A stretch of 64,000 bases of DNA, taken from the NCBI GenBank assembly GCA_022842945.1, contig JALHOO010000002.1:103180-167179 (forward strand), written 5' to 3'. Both the position numbers and the translations under genes were made by a program. This DNA is from Minisyncoccota bacterium. Its GTDB lineage: Bacteria > Patescibacteriota > Minisyncoccia > Phycocordibacterales > Phycocordibacteraceae. Under the pieces are notes generated by a model that saw only the letters and a list, made by a program, of their open reading frames with translations, searched no databases and was not told where the DNA came from. Shown here piece after piece: positions 56,901-64,000 of the stretch. The stretch's first letter is position 1; each line of letters opens with the position of its first letter.

Positions 56901-59271
56901 AAGCACGTCTACAAAGCCACTTCGTCTCGTGCTCTTGGATGCGCACGCGATTATTCATCGTGCGTATCACGCGCTCCCTGATTTCACGGCGCCAGACGGG
57001 CAACCAACTGGTGCGCTCTACGGACTCGCGTCCATGCTGCTCCGTATCGCAACTGATCTAAAACCTGACTACATCGTTGCGTGTTACGACCTAGCAGGAC
57101 CAACAGTGCGTCACGAAGCATACGAAGACTACAAGTCCACACGCTCTTCCATAGACGATGCGCTCATAGCCCAACTCAACACGTCCCGGAATGTATTCAA
57201 AGCATTCTGCGTTCCCACATACGAGAAGGCAGGATTTGAGGCAGACGATATCCTCGGCACTATCGTAGAGAAGTTGAAGGACGATCCGAATACCGAGATT
57301 ATCATCGCGTCTGGCGACATGGACACGATGCAGCTCATCGAAGGCAAGAAGGTGCAGGTATACACCCTGAAGAAGGGACTGAACGACACTATCCTCTACG
57401 ACGAACAGGCAGTGCTTGAGCGCTACGGATTCCTACCCGCACTCATTGCAGACTATAAGGGTCTTCGCGGCGACCCGTCCGACAACATTAAGGGTGTGCC
57501 CGGTATTGGAGAGAAGACGGGAACTGAGCTCATCCAGAAGTTTGGCTCTGTAGAAGAGATATACAAGACACTAAAGAAGAACGAGAACGCATTCCTTGAG
57601 GCGGGCGTAAAGCCCCGTATCGTAAACCTCCTCAAGGAACATGAGGAAGATGCGCACTTCTCAAAGTCCCTCGCAACCATCAGGCTCGATGCGCCCATAA
57701 CATTTAAGCTTCCAGCAAAAGAATGGAGAGACACTATCTCAATTCCGAACCTGCTCGCGCTCTTTGACGAACTTGGCTTCCGCTCTTTACGGGGAAGGGT
57801 ACACGCGTTGCTTGGAGAGAGTGACGAGGAAGAAGAGGAAGACGTACTCGAAGAAGAAGAGGTTCCAGAGATCCGTCTTCAGGAAGCAAAGGTTATGCTC
57901 TGGCTTTTGTATTCAGATTTCACAAACCCCACGCTCGACGACATTCTCGCGTATACCAAAGCCAAGAACTTTGACGAGGCATACGCGTCTCTTGAAAAGA
58001 GCCTTGCCGAAACCGGTCGCTTGAAAGAGCTGTACGAGACTATGGAGCGCCCTCTCATTGCGGTGCTCGAGGCAATGCATGAGAACGGTGTGCGCATCGA
58101 CACCAAGGTTCTCGAGACACTTCAGAAGGAATACCGAAAGGATCTAGAGGTTATAGAACAACGCATATACAAGACCGCAGGGCACGAGTTTAATATTAGT
58201 TCTCCAAAGCAACTTGGAGACGTGCTCTTCGACGAGCTCGGTCTTGCGGCCAAAGGCCAGAAGAAGACCGCCACGGGCCAGCGCTCAACGAAGGAATCTG
58301 AACTCGAGAAACTCAAGGACGCGCACCCTATCATTAACGACGTACTGGAGTTCCGCGGACTGCAGAAGCTCCTCTCTACGTATATCGAAGCACTCCCGCC
58401 CTTGCTCGACGAAGGGAATAGGCTCCATGCGCAGTTCTTGCAGACTGGTGCCGTTACCGGACGCATGGCGAGCCAGAACCCGAACCTTCAGAACATTCCT
58501 ATACGCACCGAGCGCGGACGCGCTATTAGGAATGCTTTTATTCCGCGCGACGGATACACGCTCGTTGGGCTCGATTACTCGCAGATAGAGTTACGCATCG
58601 CGGCTATTCTTTCGGGAGACGAGAAACTTAAGGCTATATTCAAGAGCGGTCGCGATGTGCACACGGAAGTTGCAGCGGCAGTGTTTAAGGTTGCTCCAGA
58701 AGACGTGGATCGCGAGATGCGCAGACGTGCGAAGATCATCAACTTCGGCATCCTCTACGGCATGGGGGTAAACGCACTTAAGACTCAGCTCGGTACTTCG
58801 CTCGGCGAAGCACACACGTTCTACGATGATTACTTCGCAACCTTCGACACCCTCGCAAAGTACCTAGAGTCCACGCGCGGATTCGCACGCAAGCACGGAT
58901 ACACCGAGACTATGTTTGGTAGACGCAGGCAATTCCCGGAGATGAAATCGTCTCTGCCATATGTTCGCGCACAAGCAGAGCGCATGGCTATTAATGCGCC
59001 GATTCAGGGAACTCAAGCGGATCTTATTAAGCTCGCTATGGTGCGGGTGGATGCTCTGCTGAAAGAGCTGGGTGCGCGCGAAGATGCACACCTTCTTCTT
59101 CAGGTGCACGACGAGCTCGTATACGAAGTGCGTGCAGACCGCGTTGCAGAACTTTCCGCTCAGGTTCGCAGAACTATGGAGGAAGCGCTTCCTGAGGAAC
59201 TCGCAGACGGTGTCCCGATACTTGCAGAAGCCAAGGCGGGTCCCAACTGGGGACATATGGAACTTCTATGA
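56893..59271 (+). CDS. polA: DNA polymerase I (compact; 3'-5' exo region reduced)
   Basis: GFEADD, GDPSDNI, DYSQIELR, KIINFGILYG, QVHDEL. Confidence 0.96.
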   Translation: MPKSTSTKPLRLVLLDAHAIIHRAYHALPDFTAPDGQPTGALYGLASMLLRIATDLKPDYIVACYDLAGPTVRHEAYEDYKSTRSSIDDALIAQLNTSRNVFKAFCVPTYEKAGFEADDILGTIVEKLKDDPNTEIIIASGDMDTMQLIEGKKVQVYTLKKGLNDTILYDEQAVLERYGFLPALIADYKGLRGDPSDNIKGVPGIGEKTGTELIQKFGSVEEIYKTLKKNENAFLEAGVKPRIVNLLKEHEEDAHFSKSLATIRLDAPITFKLPAKEWRDTISIPNLLALFDELGFRSLRGRVHALLGESDEEEEEDVLEEEEVPEIRLQEAKVMLWLLYSDFTNPTLDDILAYTKAKNFDEAYASLEKSLAETGRLKELYETMERPLIAVLEAMHENGVRIDTKVLETLQKEYRKDLEVIEQRIYKTAGHEFNISSPKQLGDVLFDELGLAAKGQKKTATGQRSTKESELEKLKDAHPIINDVLEFRGLQKLLSTYIEALPPLLDEGNRLHAQFLQTGAVTGRMASQNPNLQNIPIRTERGRAIRNAFIPRDGYTLVGLDYSQIELRIAAILSGDEKLKAIFKSGRDVHTEVAAAVFKVAPEDVDREMRRRAKIINFGILYGMGVNALKTQLGTSLGEAHTFYDDYFATFDTLAKYLESTRGFARKHGYTETMFGRRRQFPEMKSSLPYVRAQAERMAINAPIQGTQADLIKLAMVRVDALLKELGAREDAHLLLQVHDELVYEVRADRVAELSAQVRRTMEEALPEELADGVPILAEAKAGPNWGHMELL

Positions 59272-59921
59272 TCTATCTCTTTCACGGCACGGACACGGGG
59301 AAGGCACGCGCCAAGGCATTTGCGTGGATTGCCGCTGCGCGCGCGAAAGCTCCGGACGCCGCATACATACGGCTGCAGGGAAGCCAGATAACAGAAGAGG
59401 CGCTACGAAATGCCATAAGCGCGCAGGGACTCTTCTTTGCGAAGTCCCTCATTCTTATAGACGACCCCTTCGCAGACGAAGAGTCTGGAGAGACTGTGCT
59501 CGAGCTTCTTCCAACACTCGCAGGGTCCGGGAACCCGGTTGGCATACTGGCACCCAAGCTTCTTGCGGCACAGGCGAAGAAGCTTGAAGCGGCAGCGAGC
59601 AAGGTCTTTAAAGAAGATGCTGTCCCAAAGAAGGCACAGGGATTTAATAGCGCGCTCGTTAATGCACTTGGAAGCAAGGACGGTGCAGGGTTATGGAAAG
59701 AGATCGTATCAGCAGAAAGGAATGGTGACGTACCTGAAGCACTGCACGGCCTTCTGCACTGGAAAGCTCGCGACATGATGCAGAAGGGGAGTGCTGTATG
59801 GGGGAAGGATGGAGCACGTGCTCTTTCTCTACAGCTTATTGAGTTGGTCTCAAGCGCACGTGGGGGAGGGTTGCCGCTTGGTACAGCACTCGAACACTTC
59901 GCGCTTTCGCTGAAGAAATAA
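59268..59921 (+). CDS. Divergent DNA Pol III delta (HolA)-like protein
   Basis: MIYLFHG...QGLFFAKSLI pattern; follows polA. Confidence 0.55.
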   Translation: MIYLFHGTDTGKARAKAFAWIAAARAKAPDAAYIRLQGSQITEEALRNAISAQGLFFAKSLILIDDPFADEESGETVLELLPTLAGSGNPVGILAPKLLAAQAKKLEAAASKVFKEDAVPKKAQGFNSALVNALGSKDGAGLWKEIVSAERNGDVPEALHGLLHWKARDMMQKGSAVWGKDGARALSLQLIELVSSARGGGLPLGTALEHFALSLKK

Positions 59922-59926
59922 TTGTG

Positions 59927-59999
59927 TGCGCCCGCCTGGGCTCGAACCAGGGACCGTCTCCTTAAAAGGGAGCTGCTCTACCAACTGAGCTACGGGCGC
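59927..59999 (-). tRNA. tRNA-Lys(TTT)
   Basis: Anticodon loop CTTTTAA; full cloverleaf. Confidence 0.93.
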
Positions 60000-60032
60000 A
60001 ATATGCTTCTTTCGCACTTGGACGTTATACCG

Positions 60033-60959
60033 CTAATACGTATACAGGTCTACCGTTCGTCCTTCAGTATCAAGTAGCTTAACGGCGTCTCTGGAAGATT
60101 TCCAGAACTCGTCAGAGCGTCCACGAGAGTTCTCGTGTTCTAGATATATGCGCCACGTGTCGCCCGTGAAATCCGCGTCCGCACTGTGTGTAGCAACACA
60201 ACCGCTGTACGTAAGGCGATCGTCGATGAACTGGATGCAGGCATTTGATACGGAGCGGTCACTTGGGGTGTCGCAGGTGGCCGTACTTTGCATGCGCTCG
60301 TAACAACGATCGTCACGAAGTGCATTGCCCGAGTAATACCGATCGAACTCCCGTGCTGCGTCAGGGCATTGATTACTTACGCTCGGGAAGAAGCCCTGAT
60401 TGCGCGTGAGGTATCCAATACACATGTTCTCCTTAAAGGAGACCCCGATAGGGGACTCGCCCGTAACAACAATAGCTTCGTCTCCAGGATTGAGCACAAT
60501 GCGCCCTGTACTGTTTACGCGACCAGAGCGCGGAAGGCTCGCGCCCTCTGGAATGCGCACACTTCTTCCAGACGCTCCTGAAACGAGCCTCCAGTCAGTT
60601 ATGTCAACACTCACGTCTCCACGCGCACGAAGCACTATGTACTCCTTGTCCGCGTCCTCGCTACTAACACCCGCAACACTTGAGACTTCAACCTGCCCCT
60701 TCTGGGGAGACGCAACATCATTTGCGCCAATATTCATGCCTCCTGAAAAGCTGCCGCCCATAATGTCAGACCATACGCTGCGTGCACGGAAATCAACCGT
60801 AGGGGTGTCGCCGTATCCTTGCTGAATAGTGTCGACATCTGTTATGGGCGTAATGTAGGGACCTGCGAACGATATGGGTTTGGTTGGTCCGCCGGTTGCG
60901 AACCAGAGTATGAAAAAGAAGGCGAGGACGCCGAGAAAGAAAACTCCGTCGCTTTGCAT
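60033..60959 (-). CDS. Membrane-anchored protein with lamin-tail-like domain and Cys-rich insert
   Basis: EYIVL...VDITDW...VKLLDTEGRTVD. Confidence 0.7.
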   Translation of the reverse strand: MQSDGVFFLGVLAFFFILWFATGGPTKPISFAGPYITPITDVDTIQQGYGDTPTVDFRARSVWSDIMGGSFSGGMNIGANDVASPQKGQVEVSSVAGVSSEDADKEYIVLRARGDVSVDITDWRLVSGASGRSVRIPEGASLPRSGRVNSTGRIVLNPGDEAIVVTGESPIGVSFKENMCIGYLTRNQGFFPSVSNQCPDAAREFDRYYSGNALRDDRCYERMQSTATCDTPSDRSVSNACIQFIDDRLTYSGCVATHSADADFTGDTWRIYLEHENSRGRSDEFWKSSRDAVKLLDTEGRTVDLYTY

Positions 60960-60963
60960 AGCT

Positions 60964-62244
60964 CTATAGTACCAAGCCCTTCTTCAGTTTCCGTAGTTCT
61001 TCACGCACCACCTCAGCGTCACTCCACGGCGTCCTCGTATCGTTCGCTTCCATGATGTAGGGGTCAGTCCCTTTGCCGGTTACGAGCACAGCGTCTCCTG
61101 TGTGTGCAAGCGATAGCGCATGTGCGATGGCTTCTCTGCGGTCCATGATGATGGTTGGCTTCTTCTCCATACCGTCTGCCATTGCGTCAACAATTGCGCG
61201 CGGGTCCTCCTCGTACGGATCTTCGTTCGTAAGGATAACTTCGTCGCAGTACTCTTCGGCGATAGCTCCCATCTCCGGGCGCTTCCAGGTATCACGTCCG
61301 CCGCCGGTGTTTCCAAGTACGCAGATGCGACGCGTTGGGTACGCTTCGTAGAGCGCCTTTAGAGAGTCTGGTGTGTGTGCGTAGTCCACAATGGCTTGGA
61401 AGTCCTGGCCCTCTTCAATTCTTTCCGTGCGTCCCGGAATGCGGTCAAGTTGTGCGAGTGCCTCTGCACAGGTTTCAAGCGGTACACCAAGGAACCGTGC
61501 GGCCCTAATAACCGCAAGCGCGTTCATAACACTGAAGCTTCCGGGAAGCTTCATGGAGAAGCGCACGCCTTCATAGGTGAAGGCGACGGTGCCGGGAGCA
61601 TGCACGACATCCGTAACATCCTCGTATGAGAAGGGGAGTTTCTCCTCAACCGAAAGTGCGAGGTATGGCTCGCTGTGTACGTTGTCTTTGTTTGCGATTA
61701 TGGCGCGCGGACGCTTTGGAGAGCGTGCAAGCTCCTTGCCAATCTCAAGTTTGGCGGCTGCGTAGTTCTCGAATGAACCATGCGACTCGATGTGTTCCCT
61801 ATGAAGGTTCGTAAACACAAGTCCATCGAGGTAGAGGTAACGGTGGCGACTCTGGCGAACACTCTCAGAGGTTATCTCGAGAACCGCGTGGGTAGCACCA
61901 GCCTTTCGCGCACGCGCAAGAAACGCATGAATGAACCCGCGTCCGGGCATGGTCATCTTAAAAAGGTTCGGCTCTGAAGTGTCGCGTATGGCAAAACGAA
62001 TAGTGCCCGCAACCGCTGCAGGAATGCCTGCATAGTGAAGGACAGTGAAGAGCATGTCAGACACTGAAGACTTTCCCTTAGTGCCCGTTACACCGATAAC
62101 GGTCATGTGCCGAGCGGGGAACCCATAACTTCCCGCAAGCATGAATGCCATCACGCGGTGATAGAGAGGAAGAAGCGGCCGCACCAACGAGCGGGGAAGC
62201 AGTTTCTTCAAGAATTCAATGAGGGTGTTGAGAATGCGGTACAT
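60964..62244 (-). CDS. murE: Mur ligase MurE
   Basis: GVTGTKGKS, FTNLHREH, VDYAHTPD, GGRD, TGKG. Confidence 0.9.
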   Translation of the reverse strand: MYRILNTLIEFLKKLLPRSLVRPLLPLYHRVMAFMLAGSYGFPARHMTVIGVTGTKGKSSVSDMLFTVLHYAGIPAAVAGTIRFAIRDTSEPNLFKMTMPGRGFIHAFLARARKAGATHAVLEITSESVRQSRHRYLYLDGLVFTNLHREHIESHGSFENYAAAKLEIGKELARSPKRPRAIIANKDNVHSEPYLALSVEEKLPFSYEDVTDVVHAPGTVAFTYEGVRFSMKLPGSFSVMNALAVIRAARFLGVPLETCAEALAQLDRIPGRTERIEEGQDFQAIVDYAHTPDSLKALYEAYPTRRICVLGNTGGGRDTWKRPEMGAIAEEYCDEVILTNEDPYEEDPRAIVDAMADGMEKKPTIIMDRREAIAHALSLAHTGDAVLVTGKGTDPYIMEANDTRTPWSDAEVVREELRKLKKGLVL

Positions 62245-62246
62245 GG

Positions 62247-62792
62247 CTATTTTGCTGAGAGGGCTGCTTTAAGGCGTGCGTCTTTCCCCACAACACTCGC
62301 AGGAATCTTTCCAAGTGTTGCGCGTGCTTCACGGTCGGTGTAGCCGAGTGCCACAAGAGTATCGAATACTTCTCCGTCGTCGCTGTCAGGAGCCGTACCT
62401 CCGCCAACTTTCTCCGAGAGCTCGACCATGAGTTTCTCGGCAGCCTTCTTTCCGAGACCAATAACGCGCGTGAGGTAGTCGAGGTCACGCTTCCCAATAG
62501 CGCCCTCAAGGGCTTCGCGAGGAGCTTTCCTAAGGATGGAGAGTGCGGTCTTTGGTCCAACCCCTGGAACACCCAGTAGAAGCTCGAAGAACTTGCGCTC
62601 AGCCTCGTCTGCAAACCCGTATAGGTCCATACCGTCCTGCTTTATGGCGAGATAGGTCTTGAGAGTAATCTCAGCTCCCTCAGGGTACGTTTCAGGGGAC
62701 ACGACATGGACTAGGGTGCCCCAGCCACTAATATCAAGGACGATGCCCCCAGCTTCCGCTCCCATAACCGTGCCGCGTACGTGTCGGATCAT
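62247..62792 (-). CDS. ruvA: Holliday junction binding protein
   Basis: LYGF, VPGVGPKTAL, GLGKKAAEKL, LVALGY. Confidence 0.95.
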   Translation of the reverse strand: MIRHVRGTVMGAEAGGIVLDISGWGTLVHVVSPETYPEGAEITLKTYLAIKQDGMDLYGFADEAERKFFELLLGVPGVGPKTALSILRKAPREALEGAIGKRDLDYLTRVIGLGKKAAEKLMVELSEKVGGGTAPDSDDGEVFDTLVALGYTDREARATLGKIPASVVGKDARLKAALSAK

Positions 62793-62850
62793 GTGAGTAT
62801 CGTAGCATTTCTTGCGCATATGAGCGGAATGCCGTACTATCCGGTCTACA

Positions 62851-63114
62851 ATGGCAATTACGAAGAACGCAAAGAAGGCGCACCGCGCATCCCTCAAGAA
62901 GCACGTTTTCAACGTGCGCCGCAAGCGCACCCTTGCTGACGCTACTAAGGTAGTGAAGAAGGCTATCGGCACCGACCTTAAGGAAGCTGAGAAGTCCCTT
63001 CCAGCTGCTTTTAAGGCAATCGACAAGGCGGCGAAGACCGGTGTTATCAAGAAGAACGCGGCAGACCGCAAGAAGTCCCGTCTCGCTAAGGCAATCGCGC
63101 GCGCGAAAGCGTAA
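62851..63114 (+). CDS. rpsT: 30S ribosomal protein S20
   Basis: IDKAAKTGVIKKNAADRKKSRL. Confidence 0.96.
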   Translation: MAITKNAKKAHRASLKKHVFNVRRKRTLADATKVVKKAIGTDLKEAEKSLPAAFKAIDKAAKTGVIKKNAADRKKSRLAKAIARAKA

Positions 63115-63121
63115 CGAAGAC

Positions 63122-63157
63122 AAAAGAAAAGGCCCGCACAAGCGGGCCTTTTCTTTT
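63122..63157. terminator. Bidirectional terminator
   Basis: AAAAGAAAAGGCCCGC-acaa-GCGGGCCTTTTCTTTT. Confidence 0.8.
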
Positions 63158-63159
63158 AG

Positions 63160-63231
63160 TGCTCCTGGCAGGAATCGAACCTGCATCAATTCCTTCGGAG
63201 GGAACTATCCTATCCATTGAACGACAGGAGC
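63160..63231 (-). tRNA. tRNA-Arg(CCG)
   Basis: GTTCC-CTCCGAA-GGAAT. Confidence 0.92.
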
Positions 63232-63258
63232 GAATCTCCATAGTAGCGCACGGGGTGT

Positions 63259-63333
63259 TGGTGCTCTTGGATGGAATCGAACCATCATTACAACTTCCGC
63301 AAAGTTGCGTCCTATCCATTGAACGACAAGAGC
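63259..63333 (-). tRNA. tRNA-Arg(GCG)
   Basis: CAACT-TTGCGGA-AGTTG; CCA encoded. Confidence 0.92.
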
Positions 63334-63366
63334 GTATCAGGACTCTACCGCACCCTTTACCTTAAA

Positions 63367-63840
63367 TCAAAGTCTGAGCATCTCTATGATGCGGTCTATG
63401 ACGGACTCGTCGTGGCGACCCTCCTCGACATGCTCTGCGAAGAACTCATATATCTCAACTGGATCATGGCCAACGATAGGGATAATGAGGTGCGGGGCGA
63501 GGAGCTTATGGGTGCGAATAGAGAGGGCAGGGGGCAGGTTCGGGTCGATGTACTCAAGCACCGAGAAGGAGACGATGCTGTCATAGTCGTACAAGTTCTC
63601 ATCCACCATCACCCCCTCGTCCGTTATAGAGAAGTGGTGAACGCGAGGACGCGTGATGGTAGAGAGTGCGAGGGTTACGCTCGCGGCGATGATGAGAAGC
63701 GCGAGAATAACATTCCCAAACAGAATGCTCGCAATAGCACTCGCTACCGCAATGATGCCGAGTGCCCAATACCAATCAGAACTCTTCTCTTCGAAGAGGT
63801 ATCCTTCTGCATCCCACTCAAAAAAGACCGCGCGTGCCAT
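63367..63840 (-). CDS. Two-TM hypothetical protein
   Basis: EKSSDWYWALGII; start MARAVFFEW. Confidence 0.8.
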   Translation of the reverse strand: MARAVFFEWDAEGYLFEEKSSDWYWALGIIAVASAIASILFGNVILALLIIAASVTLALSTITRPRVHHFSITDEGVMVDENLYDYDSIVSFSVLEYIDPNLPPALSIRTHKLLAPHLIIPIVGHDPVEIYEFFAEHVEEGRHDESVIDRIIEMLRL

Positions 63841-63910
63841 AGATACACGAATGATAGCACTGCATGTGCGCACATGAGCGTGTATGAACACTTATATCTT
63901 CGTAACACTT

Positions 63911-63998
63911 TGGCGGAGGAGGCGAGATTCGAACTCGCGGTACCTTTCAGTACGGCGCATTTCAAGTGCGCTGGAATAAACCACTATCCGACTCCTCC
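63911..63998 (-). tRNA. tRNA-Ser(TGA)
   Basis: GGAGGAG acceptor, loop CTTGAAA, long variable arm, GCCA end. Confidence 0.94.
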
Positions 63999-64000
63999 AA

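Noticed and set aside
51036-62792. Split ruvA, ruvB and ruvC, short YebC and compact PolA as novelties
   Set aside because: Consistent with ordinary streamlining and rearrangement in reduced genomes.
63131-63145. GGCCCGCACAAGCGG resembles a conserved 16S rRNA segment
   Set aside because: Only 15 nt and fully explained as a terminator hairpin; probably coincidence.
1-64000. CRISPR array or rRNA genes
   Set aside because: No regularly spaced repeat-spacer pattern and no extended rRNA sequence seen.
1-64000. Alternative genetic code (UGA=Gly/Trp, or UGG=Ser)
   Set aside because: TGA ends genes (e.g. ATGA overlaps at 3221-3224 and 54071-54074), core genes are unbroken, and conserved Trp positions use TGG.

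Overview
Origin-proximal region of a reduced-genome bacterium, most consistent with Patescibacteria/CPR (Parcubacteria-like). This is inferred from gene content and compact protein forms; TGA is used as a stop. It holds the yidC-rnpA-rpmH-dnaA-oriC-dnaN block, a cluster of about 8 parS-like sites in and after the cca gene, a type IV pilus operon plus a second PilB, a 12-gene VirB4/PrgI/VirB6/pilin locus, scattered ruvABC, polA, uvrD, xer, xth, an IS1595-family element and 9 tRNA genes. The most striking feature is at 17.4-17.7 kb: a tRNA with a serine-type body but a CCA (Trp) anticodon, lying 4 nt downstream of a ~195-nt highly structured RNA. One loop of that RNA (UGGAGACC) is complementary both to a second loop in the same RNA and to the tRNA anticodon loop. 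Other observations are pervasive leaderless promoter architecture, a hard-wired ssrA-like C-terminal tag in the secretion locus, DnaA-trios overlapping the dnaN start, a probably zinc-free DksA, an unannotated highly acidic microprotein and a probable non-AUG start. All calls are by eye from motifs; no database searches or folding programs were run.
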